Shown: positions 11,548 to 22,333 of the stretch, in pieces | How the letters are laid out: the number at the start of each line of letters is the position of its first letter | Numbering within the stretch: the stretch's first letter is position 1 | NCBI GenBank assembly: GCA_963729605.1 | Contig: CAVSNY010000003.1 | Coordinates: 192,001 to 256,000 of the forward strand | Length of the DNA stretch: 64,000 nt | Direction: 5' to 3' | DNA from: an uncultured Gammaproteobacteria bacterium | GTDB lineage: Bacteria > Pseudomonadota > Gammaproteobacteria > DRLM01 | The notes under the pieces: generated by a model | The model's input: only the letters and a program-made list of their open reading frames with translations | What the model was told of the DNA's origin: nothing | Databases searched by the model: none | Translations under genes and position numbers: made by a program

Positions 11548-12201
11548 ATGCAAGAGCTTAACTTTGTGCAGCAATTGGCGGTATGGGCGCTGCCGGTGCT
11601 CTTCGCCATCACCGTCCACGAAGTCGCCCATGGCTGGGTGGCCCGCCAGCTGGGTGATCCCACCGCCATGATGCTGGGGCGATTGACCCTCAATCCTCTC
11701 AAACACATCGATCCCATCGGCACGGTGCTGGTGCCGATCGCGCTATTGTTTCTGGGCGGCGTGCTGTTCGGCTGGGCCAAACCGGTGCCCATCACCACCG
11801 AGAATCTCCGCAATCCCAAACGCGACATGGCCTTGGTCGCCGCCGCCGGGCCGCTCGCCAATCTGCTGATGGCCCTCATCTGGGCCTTGATCATGAAGCT
11901 GGTGCTGGTCATGTCGGGCAGTTTCGCCGGCTTGGCCTTGCCCCTCAGTTATATGTGCGTCGCGGGTATCACCATTAACGTCATCCTGCTGGTGCTGAAT
12001 CTTCTGCCCATACCGCCCCTGGACGGCAGCCGGGTGGTGTCGGGCCTGCTGCCCGGTCCCTGGGCGTGGCAGTACAATCGCATTGAGCCCTATGGTTTGT
12101 TCATCTTGCTGGGGCTGATGTTGGCCGGGATATTGGGTAAAGTGTTGTCGCCGCCGGTGATGTGGATCCAGACCGGCCTATATCACCTGATGGGTCTGTG
12201 A
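11548..12201 (+). CDS. site-2 protease (peptidase M50)
   Basis: HEVAH, AGP, NLLPIPPLDG. Confidence 0.94.
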   Translation: MQELNFVQQLAVWALPVLFAITVHEVAHGWVARQLGDPTAMMLGRLTLNPLKHIDPIGTVLVPIALLFLGGVLFGWAKPVPITTENLRNPKRDMALVAAAGPLANLLMALIWALIMKLVLVMSGSFAGLALPLSYMCVAGITINVILLVLNLLPIPPLDGSRVVSGLLPGPWAWQYNRIEPYGLFILLGLMLAGILGKVLSPPVMWIQTGLYHLMGL

Positions 12202-12255
12202 TTAATTCCAACTCTAATAAGATAGTTTAAACAGTTAATTTATTTAGGGAGAAGG

Positions 12256-13476
12256 GTGTTGAGCGTCATTCCCAACCAGCCGCGGCGAGTGCTGTCGGGC
12301 ATGCGGCCGACCGGCCGTCTGCACCTGGGCCATTATCACGGCGTTTTGAAAAACTGGCTGCAATTGCAGCATGAATACGACTGCTATTTTTTCGTGGCCG
12401 ATTGGCATGCGCTGACCACCGATTACGAAAACCCCCGCGACATCGGCGCCAACACCTGGGAGATGCTCATCGACTGGCTGGCGGTGGGGGTCAATCCCAA
12501 GGCCGCCAAGCTGTTCATCCAGTCGCGGGTGCCGGAGCACGCCGAGCTGCATCTCCTGCTGTCGATGATGACACCCCTCGGCTGGCTGGAACGGGTGCCC
12601 ACTTATAAAGACCAGCAGGAGAAGCTCAAGGAAAAAGACCTGGCCACCTACGGTTTTCTCGGTTATCCGTTATTGCAGGCGGCGGACATTCTCATTTATA
12701 AAGCCACCTCGGTGCCGGTGGGCGAGGATCAAGTGGTGCATATCGAACTGGCGCGGGAAGTGGCGCGCCGCTTCAACCATTTGTACGGCCGCGAGCCGGA
12801 CTTCGCGGAAAAGGCCGAGGCCGCCGCCCGCAAAATGGGAAAGAAGAACGGCAAACTCTACAGTGAGTTGCGAAAGAAGTTTCAAGAAACCGGTGATCAA
12901 CAGGCCTTGGCCACCGCGCGGGCCTTGCTCGAATCGCAGCAAAATATCACCCTCGGCGACCGCGAGCGCCTGTTCGGTTATCTGGAAGGGGTGAGCCGGG
13001 TCATCCTGCCCGAGCCCCACCCCTTGCTGACGCCGATGGCCAAGATGCCCGGTCTGGACGGCCAAAAGATGTCCAAGTCCTACGGCAACACCATCGGCCT
13101 GCGCGAGGAGCCGGAGGCGGTGAGGAATAAACTGAAGACCATGCCCACCGACCCGGCGCGGGTGCGGCGCACCGATCCCGGCAATCCCGAGAAATGTCCG
13201 GTCTGGCAATTCCATAAGGTGTATTCTTCCGACGAGGTGAAGAACTGGGTGGTGCAAGGTTGCACCAGCGCGGGCATCGGTTGTCTCGACTGCAAGCAGC
13301 ACATCGTCGATGCGGTGCTGGTGGAACAGGCGCCGATCCGGGAACGAGCGGTGGAATTTTCAAACGATATCAGCCTAGTGCGCACTATCGTTTCCGAGGG
13401 TTGTGAAGAGGCGCGCGACGTGGCCCGCGCCACCTTGAGCGAAGTGCGGCATGCCCTCGGCCTGCAATCAAAATGA
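12256..13476 (+). CDS. trpS: tryptophan--tRNA ligase
   Basis: SGMRPTG, HLGH, KMSKS. Confidence 0.97.
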   Translation: MLSVIPNQPRRVLSGMRPTGRLHLGHYHGVLKNWLQLQHEYDCYFFVADWHALTTDYENPRDIGANTWEMLIDWLAVGVNPKAAKLFIQSRVPEHAELHLLLSMMTPLGWLERVPTYKDQQEKLKEKDLATYGFLGYPLLQAADILIYKATSVPVGEDQVVHIELAREVARRFNHLYGREPDFAEKAEAAARKMGKKNGKLYSELRKKFQETGDQQALATARALLESQQNITLGDRERLFGYLEGVSRVILPEPHPLLTPMAKMPGLDGQKMSKSYGNTIGLREEPEAVRNKLKTMPTDPARVRRTDPGNPEKCPVWQFHKVYSSDEVKNWVVQGCTSAGIGCLDCKQHIVDAVLVEQAPIRERAVEFSNDISLVRTIVSEGCEEARDVARATLSEVRHALGLQSK

Positions 13477-13501
13477 CTATGAAGAAACGGCTTTGCCACA
13501 C

Positions 13502-14350
13502 ATGACTCAAGTAGTAGCTGACATTCCAGTCGCCGAACGGCCGCTGCCAACGCTGGCGATGGTCTTGGGCAGTCCGGTCACCGAGCTGCCCAAAGACCTC
13601 TACATCCCGCCGGACGCGCTCGAGATATTCTTGGAGGCCTTCGAAGGGCCGCTGGACCTGTTGCTGTATCTGATCCGGCGGCAGAACATCGAGATCCTCG
13701 ATATCCCCATCGCCGAGATCACCCGCCAGTACATGGTGTATGTGGAGGTGATGAAGGGCATCCGCCTCGAACTGGCCGCGGAATACTTGGTGATGGCCGC
13801 CATGCTGGCGGAGATCAAATCCCGCATGCTGTTGCCGCGGCCCAAGACCGAGGAGGGCGAGGAGGAAGACCCGCGCGCCGAACTGATACGCCGCTTGCAG
13901 GAATACGAGCGTTTCAAAAAGGCCGCCGAGGATATAGACGCGTTGCCGCGCATGGAACGCGACAGCTTTCCGGTCAGTATCGAGCGGCCGCTGCGCAGCG
14001 GTCCCCGCCCGCATCCGGCGGTGAGTTTGGAGGAACTGCTGCTGGCCTTCAAAGACGTGTTGACCCGCGCCGAGATGTTTTCCAACCATCACGTGCAGAT
14101 GGAGCCTTTGTCGGTGCGCGAGCGCATGTCCGACATCTTGAGTGCGGTCAGCGCCGACAAATTCACCGCCTTCGCCGGCTTGTTCAAACCCGAAGAGGGG
14201 CGCATGGGGGTGGTGGTGAGTTTTCTCGCCGTGTTGGAACTCATCAAGGAATCCTTGCTTGAGTTGATACAAACCGAAGCCTATGGCCCGATTTACGTAA
14301 GAGTCCCGAGTCATGCAGATGAACCCGCAGCAGTTGAAGAATATTCTTGA
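13502..14350 (+). CDS. scpA: segregation and condensation protein A
   Basis: FEGPLDLLLYLI, AAEYLVMAA, FLAVLEL. Confidence 0.95.
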   Translation: MTQVVADIPVAERPLPTLAMVLGSPVTELPKDLYIPPDALEIFLEAFEGPLDLLLYLIRRQNIEILDIPIAEITRQYMVYVEVMKGIRLELAAEYLVMAAMLAEIKSRMLLPRPKTEEGEEEDPRAELIRRLQEYERFKKAAEDIDALPRMERDSFPVSIERPLRSGPRPHPAVSLEELLLAFKDVLTRAEMFSNHHVQMEPLSVRERMSDILSAVSADKFTAFAGLFKPEEGRMGVVVSFLAVLELIKESLLELIQTEAYGPIYVRVPSHADEPAAVEEYS

Positions 14351-15053
14351 AGCCACTTTGCTGGCCGCCGGCCAGCCCATGAACATGGAAAAACTCCAGG
14401 AAGTTTTTCCCGAAGAGGCGTGCCCGGAGCCCGAGCTCCTGCGCGAGGCCTTGCGCGCGCTGGCGGAGGATTGCGCCGGACGCGGCATCGAACTCAAGGA
14501 AGTGGGCAGCGGCTTCCGCCTGCAAGTGAAACAGGAATACGCGCCCTGGGTGGCGCGCCTCAGCGAAGAAAAGGCGCCGCGTTATTCCCGCGCGCTGCTG
14601 GAGACCCTGGTGCTGATCGCCTATCGGCAGCCGATCAGCCGCGCCGAGATTGAAGACATCCGCGGCGTCAGCGTCAGCACCCATATCATCAAAACCCTGC
14701 AAGAGCGCGAATGGGTGCGGGTGGTGGGCCACCGCGAGGTGCCGGGCAGGCCCGCGCTGTACGGCACGACCCGGGATTTTCTCGATTATTTCAACTTGAA
14801 GAGTCTCAGCCAACTACCCGCCTTGTCGGAGATTCGCAGCCTCGAGGCCATCGCCGCGGACATCGACAATCTCCTGCCGCCGCCGCTCGCCGCCGCGGGT
14901 GAAGAGGGCGAACCCCCCGTCGCCGCCGAGCCGCTCGCGGCGGAAAACGCCGAGCCGGGCGCCGGCGATTCCGACGGCGACGGACCCGTCACCGAGGAGG
15001 CCGATGCTTCCGCCACGGCGCCGGACCCGGCCGCCGCGCCCACCGTGCACTGA
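14319..15053 (+). CDS. scpB: segregation and condensation protein B
   Basis: LETLVLIAYRQPISRAEIEDIRGV, PGRPALYGTT; acidic tail. Confidence 0.95.
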   Translation: MNPQQLKNILEATLLAAGQPMNMEKLQEVFPEEACPEPELLREALRALAEDCAGRGIELKEVGSGFRLQVKQEYAPWVARLSEEKAPRYSRALLETLVLIAYRQPISRAEIEDIRGVSVSTHIIKTLQEREWVRVVGHREVPGRPALYGTTRDFLDYFNLKSLSQLPALSEIRSLEAIAADIDNLLPPPLAAAGEEGEPPVAAEPLAAENAEPGAGDSDGDGPVTEEADASATAPDPAAAPTVH

Positions 15054-15062
15054 GATTTTCCG

Positions 15063-16151
15063 ATGACCGAACGTTTGCAAAAATGGCTGGCCCGCGCCGG
15101 TTTGGGCGCGCGCCGGACCATGGAAGACTGGATACGCGCCGGCCGCGTCACGGTCAACGGCGCGCCCGCCGAATTGGGCATGAGTGTCAATGAGGGCGAC
15201 ACGGTGTGCGTCGACGGCCGCGCCATCGCCGCGCCGCCGCCGGCCGAGATGACCCGGCCGCGGGTGCTGCTCTACTACAAACCCACCGGTGAAATCTGCA
15301 CCCAGTCCGATCCCGAAGGCCGTCCCACGGTATTCGACCGTCTGCCCAAAGTGGGCGGACGCTGGATCGCGGTCGGCCGTCTCGATCTCAATACCCTGGG
15401 CGTGCTGCTGTTCACCAACGACGGTGAACTCGCCAATCGTTTGATGCATCCATCCAGCGAGATCGAACGCGAATACGCGGTACGGGTGCTGGGCACGGTC
15501 GATGCCGCGGCGCTCACCCGCTTGCGCAAGGGCGTGATGCTGGAAGACGGCCCCGCCCATTTCGACGCGCTGGTGGATGCCGGCGGCGAAGGCATGAATC
15601 ATTGGTATAACGTGGTGCTGCGCGAAGGGCGCAACCGCGAGGTGCGGCGCATGTGGGAATCGCAGGGCGTCACCGTGAGTCGTTTGATGCGGGTGCGCTT
15701 CGGGCCGATCACCCTGCCGCGCTTTTTGAAGCCGGGTCAGTCGCGCGAATTGGAATTGGACGACATCAACCTGCTGCGCCGCGCCGCCGGTCTCGATGAA
15801 CTTTCCGCGACCGCGCCGACCCGTCGCCGCGCGCCGCCGAGATCGCGGCCGGCGGCCGGCCGTACCGAGCGAGCCAACACGCGCGTGGTGCGGGGAAAGA
15901 CCGAGACCTATTCAAACGCCCCGCCGCCGCGCCGAGGGGCGGAGCCGCGGGCGGGCCGTGACCGGCAAGCGCGGGGTGAGGCGGACAAGACGGCAGGACG
16001 GACTCGCCGCCCATCCGCGCGAACCGGTCCGTCGGCGGTTGACGAGAGGCCGCGTTCGCGAGGACGCTCGGCGCCCGCCGCACCCCGCGGCGGACGTCCC
16101 GCGACTCCTCGCACACCGCGCAAGCCGGCGGCCCCCGCCCGTAAGAAATGA
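15063..16151 (+). CDS. rluB: 23S rRNA pseudouridine synthase RluB-like, with Arg-rich tail
   Basis: S4 domain, [13 protein letters not shown]; follows scpAB. Confidence 0.92.
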   Translation: MTERLQKWLARAGLGARRTMEDWIRAGRVTVNGAPAELGMSVNEGDTVCVDGRAIAAPPPAEMTRPRVLLYYKPTGEICTQSDPEGRPTVFDRLPKVGGRWIAVGRLDLNTLGVLLFTNDGELANRLMHPSSEIEREYAVRVLGTVDAAALTRLRKGVMLEDGPAHFDALVDAGGEGMNHWYNVVLREGRNREVRRMWESQGVTVSRLMRVRFGPITLPRFLKPGQSRELELDDINLLRRAAGLDELSATAPTRRRAPPRSRPAAGRTERANTRVVRGKTETYSNAPPPRRGAEPRAGRDRQARGEADKTAGRTRRPSARTGPSAVDERPRSRGRSAPAAPRGGRPATPRTPRKPAAPARKK

Positions 16152-16849
16152 GTCTGCGGCGGGTATACGACCGGCTCCATCAACACCATGGGCCGCAACA
16201 CTGGTGGCCGGCCCGCAGCGCCTTTGAAGTGATGGTCGGCGCGGTGCTCACCCAAAACACGGCGTGGACCAATGTCGAGCGGGCCATCGTCAATCTGCGC
16301 AAGGCGCGGGCCTTGAGCGCGCCGCGGATCATGGCCGTGCCGGTCGAGACCCTGGCGGAGTGGCTGCGGCCCGCCGGTTATTTTAACGTGAAGGCCCGCC
16401 GGCTGCGCAATTTCTGCGAATGGTATCTCGCCGTTGGTGGCCTGCGGGCCTTGCGTCGCTGGGACACCGGGCGTTTGCGCGCGGGCTTGTTGAGCGTCAA
16501 CGGCGTCGGGCCGGAGACCGCCGACGATATCCTGCTCTACGCCTTTCAGCGCCCGGTGTTCGTGATCGACGCCTACACCCGGCGCATCCTGGCGCGCCAT
16601 GGTTTAGTCTCGGGCGACGAGGATTATGAAACCCTGCGCCGGCACATCGAGCGCGACCTGGCGGGAGAGGGGCTGGCTGAACCGGCCTTGGTGACCTTGT
16701 ATAACGAATATCACGCCCTGATCGTGCGGCATGCCAAGGACGTGTGCCGCCCGCGGCCGCGTTGCGAGATCTGCGTGTTGCGCAACGATTGCACCGCCGC
16801 GCAAGCGCTGGAGGTTTTGCCCCGGCCCGTGCGGATGAACAAGCGGTGA
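16148..16849 (+). CDS. endonuclease III-related HhH-GPD glycosylase
   Basis: [23 protein letters not shown]-x6-C-x2-C-x5-C Fe-S motif. Confidence 0.9.
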   Translation: MSLRRVYDRLHQHHGPQHWWPARSAFEVMVGAVLTQNTAWTNVERAIVNLRKARALSAPRIMAVPVETLAEWLRPAGYFNVKARRLRNFCEWYLAVGGLRALRRWDTGRLRAGLLSVNGVGPETADDILLYAFQRPVFVIDAYTRRILARHGLVSGDEDYETLRRHIERDLAGEGLAEPALVTLYNEYHALIVRHAKDVCRPRPRCEICVLRNDCTAAQALEVLPRPVRMNKR

Positions 16850-16938
16850 CGATAAGAGGATGGGGAAATTATTCCTCTCTGTATTTCTCCCGCTAGCGGC
16901 GAATGCACGATGATTGAGAGCGTACCTCAACATCATTT

Positions 16939-16977
16939 CCCCCTCTCCCCTCGTGGGAGAGGGCTTGGGGAGAGGGG
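16939..16977. repeat. BoxC-like palindromic repeat
   Basis: CCCCCTCTCCCCTCGTGGGAGAGGGCTTGGGGAGAGGGG, same family as the copies at 22387-23173 and 49841-49944. Confidence 0.8.
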
Positions 16978-17202
16978 ATGAGAACGAAGAGAACATTCAA
17001 AAACGCGGTGATTCATTTTGAAATGGGTTCTAATAAAATTCATGTTGAATCGCCAACAACGAGGCAGCGTCTTTTTTCCGGCCGAGCCTATTTTCTTGGT
17101 ATCCTTTGCTCCCCGGCGGCGGATAAGATTTTTTGCCTCGCTCTATAATGACCCCCACTTCACTGCGGCGCGCCGCTCCATTTTGTGATTTAATGCCTCG
17201 CC

Positions 17203-18450
17203 ATGTTTAAACCAGTCGAACTCTTCATCGGCCTGCGCTATACCCGCGCCAAACGCCGCAATCATTTCATCTCCTTCATCGCCCTCATCTCGATGGCGGG
17301 TATCGCCTTGGGCGTGATGGCGTTAATCACCGTGCTGTCGGTGATGAACGGTTTTGAAAAGGAGCTGCGCACCCGCATTCTGGGCGTGGTGGCGCACACC
17401 ACCGTCAGCAGCGCGCACGGTCCGCTTCAGGATTGGCCCGCCCTGCAGGCGCGACTCAAGGGCTATCCGAATGTGGTGGGTACCGCGCCTTACATCAGCG
17501 GCGAAGGCATGCTCAGCGTCGGGCCGTCGGTGAGCGGCACCTTGATCCGCGGCCTGATGCCGGACGAGGAGGGCGCGGTGTCCGATGTGGGCCGCAAGAT
17601 GGTGAGCGGCCGTTTGGAGGATTTGGCGCCGGGGGAATTCGGCATCATTCTCGGCAAGGAGCTGGCGCTGCGTTTGGGCGTGTGGCGCGGCGACAAGGTG
17701 ACCCTGATTATCCCCTCCGCCACGATTACCCCGGCGGGGATATTGCCGCGCATGAAACGCTTCACGGTGGTGGGCGTATTCGAGATCGGCATGTACGAAT
17801 ACGACAACGCCCTGGCCTTGCTGCATATCGACGACGCCGCCAAATTGTTCCGTTTCGGCGACGGGGTGAGCGGATTGAGGCTCAAGCTCGACGACATGAT
17901 GCGCGCGCCGTGGGTGACCCGCGACTTGGTGCAGAGCCTGCCCGCCGGTTATGTGGTGAGCGACTGGACGCGGGAGCACGTCAATTTTTTCCGGGCGGTG
18001 CGCACCGAGAAAACCGTGATGTTCGTGATCCTGTTGCTGATCGTAGCGGTGGCGGCCTTCAACATCGTCTCCACCTTGGTGATGATGGTGCGCGACAAGG
18101 AGGCGGACATCGCGGTGCTGCGCACCCTCGGCGCCACGCCGCGCAGCATCATGCTCATCTTCATGATCCAAGGCGTGGTGATCGGCGTGGTGGGCACGCT
18201 GTTGGGCGGGGTGGGCGGCAGCTTGCTGGCCTTTAATATCGAAACCATCGTGCCGGCCATCGAACGGCTGTTCAGCGTGGAATTCCTGGCCGCCGATGTT
18301 TACTACATCAGCAGTCTGCCTTCCGACCCGCATCTCAAGGACATCATCCAGATTTGCGGCGTGTCGATGCTGCTCAGTTTGTTCGCCACGATTTATCCCG
18401 CCTGGCGCGCGGCGCGCACCCAGCCGGCGGAGGCCTTACGTTATGAGTAG
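17203..18450 (+). CDS. lolE: lipoprotein-releasing ABC transporter permease (LolC/E type)
   Basis: [38 protein letters not shown]. Confidence 0.93.
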   Translation: MFKPVELFIGLRYTRAKRRNHFISFIALISMAGIALGVMALITVLSVMNGFEKELRTRILGVVAHTTVSSAHGPLQDWPALQARLKGYPNVVGTAPYISGEGMLSVGPSVSGTLIRGLMPDEEGAVSDVGRKMVSGRLEDLAPGEFGIILGKELALRLGVWRGDKVTLIIPSATITPAGILPRMKRFTVVGVFEIGMYEYDNALALLHIDDAAKLFRFGDGVSGLRLKLDDMMRAPWVTRDLVQSLPAGYVVSDWTREHVNFFRAVRTEKTVMFVILLLIVAVAAFNIVSTLVMMVRDKEADIAVLRTLGATPRSIMLIFMIQGVVIGVVGTLLGGVGGSLLAFNIETIVPAIERLFSVEFLAADVYYISSLPSDPHLKDIIQICGVSMLLSLFATIYPAWRAARTQPAEALRYE

Positions 18451-19123
18451 CGCGGTCATCCGTTGTCGACATCTCGCCAAGACCTACACTGAAGGCCCGA
18501 CCGCGGTGGAAGTGCTGGCCGATGTCAGCCTGGAAGTCATGCCGGGCGAGCGGCTCGCCATCATCGGTTCATCGGGTTCGGGCAAAAGCACCCTGCTGCA
18601 TTTATTGGGCGGACTGGACACGCCGACCCGCGGCGAGGTGTGGGTGGACGGCGCCGACATGGGCAAGCTGGACGACGTGGCGCGCGGCCGCTTGCGCAAC
18701 CGGGCCTTGGGTTTCGTTTATCAATTTCATCATCTGCTGCCGGAATTCAGCGCGTTGGAAAACGTCTGCATGCCGTTGCTGATTCGCGGCGCCGCGCCGC
18801 GCGAGGCGCAGGCGCAGGCGCAACCGCTGTTGGAACGGGTGGGACTGGGGCATCGCCTGCATCACAAGCCGGGCGAATTATCGGGCGGCGAGCGGCAGCG
18901 CGCGGCGGTGGCGCGGGCCTTGGTCACCCAGCCCAAGTGCGTGCTGGCCGACGAGCCCACCGGCAACCTCGACTACAAAACCGCCGATCAGGTTTACGAT
19001 TTGATGCTGGAACTCAATCAAATCTACGGCACCAGTTTCGTAGTGGTGACCCATGACCCCCGTCTCGCGCAGCGCCTCGACAGGACGCTGGTCCTCGAAA
19101 AGGGAATATTGCGGGCGGAGTGA
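18443..19123 (+). CDS. lolD: lipoprotein-releasing ABC transporter ATPase
   Basis: [31 protein letters not shown]. Confidence 0.96.
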   Translation: MSSAVIRCRHLAKTYTEGPTAVEVLADVSLEVMPGERLAIIGSSGSGKSTLLHLLGGLDTPTRGEVWVDGADMGKLDDVARGRLRNRALGFVYQFHHLLPEFSALENVCMPLLIRGAAPREAQAQAQPLLERVGLGHRLHHKPGELSGGERQRAAVARALVTQPKCVLADEPTGNLDYKTADQVYDLMLELNQIYGTSFVVVTHDPRLAQRLDRTLVLEKGILRAE

Positions 19124-19171
19124 AGACGGCTTGCGCTGGTGCGTGCGTCGTCAACTCAGGAACAGAAACCG

Positions 19172-19312
19172 CCTCTCCTTGTAATCAGGAGGGGTGCGCC
19201 CCGCGGGGGCGAGGTAGTAGATGCGCCGTGCCTCCGAATGATACGAGCACTGCGCTTTGCGCCCACCACCCCGGCGCTATCGCCCCATCTTTCCTCACAA
19301 AGAGGCGGGGAG
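19172..19312. repeat. degenerate inverted pair of palindromic repeats (REPIN-like)
   Basis: CCTCTCCTTGTAATCAGGAGGGG...GAGGTAGT and inverted ACCACCCC...TCCTCACAAAGAGGCGGGGAG between convergent genes. Confidence 0.55.
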
Positions 19313-19326
19313 AATCAAACCGCACC

Positions 19327-19357
19327 GTAGACGGGGCGAGCCCCGCGAACCCCGGCG
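19327..19357 (+). repeat. degenerate GTAG REP
   Basis: GTAG-ACGGGG-cgagccccgcgaa-CCCCG, same layout as the rayT-flanking REP. Confidence 0.4.
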
Positions 19358-19418
19358 CGACCTTGCCGGCGCGTAGGCATCGCCTACCGTGGGTTTCGGC
19401 AACGGCGGCCCTGCCTGG

Positions 19419-19949
19419 TTAAGGCATGTTAGGTGGGCGACGCTTGTGGCGTTTGCGTTTGATATAACGCACCACATGCAGCCGCCACAAAAAACGGATT
19501 AGCAGATTGCCCAGCACGGCGCTGACCGTGGCGAGAATAAAGCAGCCCAATAGAAACGGTTGCCAGATCAGGGTAAGCTCCTGCTTCAGCCATTCCAACG
19601 ACACCTCGAAGGTTACCGCGCGCATGGGCGTGTCGAGTAGCCACGATCCAAGTTTATAAGCCGTATAAAACACCGGCGGCATGGTGATGGGGTTGGTAAG
19701 CCAGACCAGGCTCGCCGCGATGGGTACGTTGACCCGGAAGGGGATCGCGAGCGCCGCCGCCAGCACCATTTGAAACGGAATGGGGATGAAGGCCGCGAAC
19801 AGGCCGACCGATGCCGCCCCCGATACCGAACGGCGATTGAGGTGCCAGAGATTGGGGTCGTGGAGGAGCTTGCCAAAAAAACGCAAATGCTTGTGATCGC
19901 GGATCCGGCGGTGATCGGGGAGGTAGCGTTTGATTATCCTTTTCGGCAC
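19419..19949 (-). CDS. DUF2062 family membrane protein
   Basis: DPNLWHLNRRSV, PIPFQM, VWLTNPITMPP; divergent from comEC as usual. Confidence 0.9.
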   Translation of the reverse strand: MPKRIIKRYLPDHRRIRDHKHLRFFGKLLHDPNLWHLNRRSVSGAASVGLFAAFIPIPFQMVLAAALAIPFRVNVPIAASLVWLTNPITMPPVFYTAYKLGSWLLDTPMRAVTFEVSLEWLKQELTLIWQPFLLGCFILATVSAVLGNLLIRFLWRLHVVRYIKRKRHKRRPPNMP

Positions 19950-19987
19950 AACAATCACCAGCCGTGGTCTTGGCGCGAGGGCCCATT

Positions 19988-22333
19988 ATGCACAGTTTTT
20001 CGGAACGATGCAGTATAGGTTTAGCCGCGCTCGCCCTCTTGTCGGGCGCCATACTTTTTCAATATGTCGACGCCTTGCCGAAGCCGGTTTACGTCTGGTT
20101 GGGCTTGCCCCTTTTGGCGCTGGCCTGGCGTTATCCCGCCTGGCACGGGCCCCTTTGGCTGGCGGTCGGATTCGGTTGGGCATGGTGGATGGCGGCGGGC
20201 ATGCTCGCCCAGAGTTTGCCCGCCGAATTGGAGGGGCGGGACCTCCGGCTGGAGGGCGTGATCGTCTCGGTGCCGGATCGCGACGCGAGACGGACGCGTT
20301 TTCAATTCGAGGTGGAGAGTGTCACCACTGAACAGGGCCGCGCGCCCAACCCCGGCCGCGTATTGTTGAGTTGGTATGCGCGGTCGCCGCCCGCGCTGCG
20401 GGCCGGTGATCACTGGCGATTGACGGTGAGGTTGAAGCGCCCGCACGGCATGATGAATCCCGGCGGATTCGATTACGAGGCGTGGCTGTTCCGGCATCGT
20501 CTGCGCGCCACCGGTTATGTGCGGGTGGAAGACGAGAACCGTTTGCTGGCTTCCGATTGGCGGCAACAGCCGGTCAACCGGCTGCGACAAACTCTCGCGG
20601 AGAAGATGGGCGCGGCCTTGGCCGGCCGGGAATTCGCAGGCATCGTCGAGGCCCTCGCGATCGGTGAACAGAAACACATCGGCCCGGAACAGTGGCAGGT
20701 GTTTCGTGCGACCGGCACCACGCATTTGATTTCGATCTCGGGTTTGCACGTGGCCTTCGTGGCCGGCCTGCTGTTTTTCATGGTGCGGCGGGCCTGGTTG
20801 TGGTGGCCGCGGCTGGCCTTGCGCTGGCCGGCGGCCAAGGCGGGCGCGGTGGCCGGCATGACGGCGGCCTTGTTGTATTCGGCCATGGCCGGATTTTCCG
20901 TGCCGACCCAGCGCGCCTTGATCATGGTGGCGGTGGTGATGGCCAGCCTGCTGCAACAGCGGCGGGTGCGGCCGGCGCACGGCTTGGCGGCGGCGCTGCT
21001 GTTGGTCCTGTTGTGGGACCCGTTGGCGGTGATGGAGGCGGGCTTCTGGCTGTCGTTCGTCGCGGTCGCGGTGATTTTTTACGGCATGGGCGGACGGCTG
21101 GCGCCGCGCGGATTGTGGTGGCGTTTCGGCCGCGTGCAATTATTGGTGGCGGTGGGGTTGTTGCCTTTGATGCTGGCCTTGTTTCAACAGATGTCGCTGG
21201 TCTCGCCGCTGGCGAATATCGTCGCGGTGCCGTGGGTGAGTTTCGTGGTGGTGCCGCTCACCTTGCTGGGCGCGTCGTTGGTGGGGGTCTGGCCCGCCGC
21301 CGGTGCGTTTGTGCTGGTGCTCGCCGACGGCGCGTTGGGCTGGGTGTGGCCGCTGCTGACCTGGTTCGGTACCACATCGTTCGCGGAGTGGACCCAGCAC
21401 GTGCCGCCGCCGTGGGCCCTCCTGCCCGCGGCGGCGGGGGCCTTGCTGTTGATCTCGCCGGCGGGCGTGCCGGGCCGCTGGCTGGGGATTTTGCTGCTGG
21501 CGCCCTTGCTGGCGGTGTCGCCGCCGCGTCCGCCGCCGGGCGAGGCGTGGCTGACCTTGCTGGATGTGGGACAGGGTTTGTCGGCGGTGGTGCGCACCGC
21601 GCGGCATAATCTGGTGTTCGATACCGGTCCCGCCTTCAACGAGCATTTCGATGCCGGCGATGCGGTGGTCGTGCCGTTTCTGCGGGCGAGCGGCGTGTCG
21701 CGTATCGATCGTCTGGTGATCAGTCACGGCGATCAGGATCACATCGGCGGCCTACCCTCTTTGCTGGAACAAGTGGCGGTGGAGGAGGTGTTGACCAGTG
21801 TGCCGGACAAGGTGGCGTGGCCGGCGGGTTCGCCGCAATCTTGTCACGCCGGCCAGCACTGGGAATGGGATGGAGTGAGTTTTACCATGCTCTACCCCTT
21901 TCCCGAATTGGCCACTCGCGGCAACGACGCTTCCTGCGTGTTGCGGGTGAGCACCGCCGGCGGCGCGTTGCTGTTGCCGGGCGATATCGAAAAGCGCGGC
22001 GAAAAGGCCTTGCTGGCGCGGGCATCGGACCGGCTGAAGGCCGACGTGCTGGTGGTGCCGCATCATGGCAGCAACACCTCGTCCACCGCGGAATTCCTCG
22101 CCGCCGTGCGGCCGCGTTACGCGTTGTTCCCGGTGGGTTACCGCAACCGCTATGGTTTTCCCAAACCGGCGGTGGTGGCGCGTTATCAGGCGGCGGACGT
22201 GGCTCGGCTGGGCACCGATCGGCAGGGGGCGATCAGTTTGCGCCTCGGCGCGCAGGGAATCTTGGCGCCGCCGGAGGCTTATCGTTGGCGGGCGCAGCGT
22301 TATTGGCATAATCAATTGACTGCGGTTGATTAG
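19988..22333 (+). CDS. comEC: DNA internalization competence protein ComEC/Rec2
   Basis: NPGGFDYE, TGTTHLISISGLH, DVGQG, SHGDQDHIGG, PHHGS; start approximate. Confidence 0.96.
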   Translation: MHSFSERCSIGLAALALLSGAILFQYVDALPKPVYVWLGLPLLALAWRYPAWHGPLWLAVGFGWAWWMAAGMLAQSLPAELEGRDLRLEGVIVSVPDRDARRTRFQFEVESVTTEQGRAPNPGRVLLSWYARSPPALRAGDHWRLTVRLKRPHGMMNPGGFDYEAWLFRHRLRATGYVRVEDENRLLASDWRQQPVNRLRQTLAEKMGAALAGREFAGIVEALAIGEQKHIGPEQWQVFRATGTTHLISISGLHVAFVAGLLFFMVRRAWLWWPRLALRWPAAKAGAVAGMTAALLYSAMAGFSVPTQRALIMVAVVMASLLQQRRVRPAHGLAAALLLVLLWDPLAVMEAGFWLSFVAVAVIFYGMGGRLAPRGLWWRFGRVQLLVAVGLLPLMLALFQQMSLVSPLANIVAVPWVSFVVVPLTLLGASLVGVWPAAGAFVLVLADGALGWVWPLLTWFGTTSFAEWTQHVPPPWALLPAAAGALLLISPAGVPGRWLGILLLAPLLAVSPPRPPPGEAWLTLLDVGQGLSAVVRTARHNLVFDTGPAFNEHFDAGDAVVVPFLRASGVSRIDRLVISHGDQDHIGGLPSLLEQVAVEEVLTSVPDKVAWPAGSPQSCHAGQHWEWDGVSFTMLYPFPELATRGNDASCVLRVSTAGGALLLPGDIEKRGEKALLARASDRLKADVLVVPHHGSNTSSTAEFLAAVRPRYALFPVGYRNRYGFPKPAVVARYQAADVARLGTDRQGAISLRLGAQGILAPPEAYRWRAQRYWHNQLTAVD

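Noticed and set aside
15800-16151. Arg/Pro-rich tail of RluB as a frameshift artefact or separate gene
   Set aside because: Basic disordered tails are common in RluB, and the stop couples (ATGA) to the next gene
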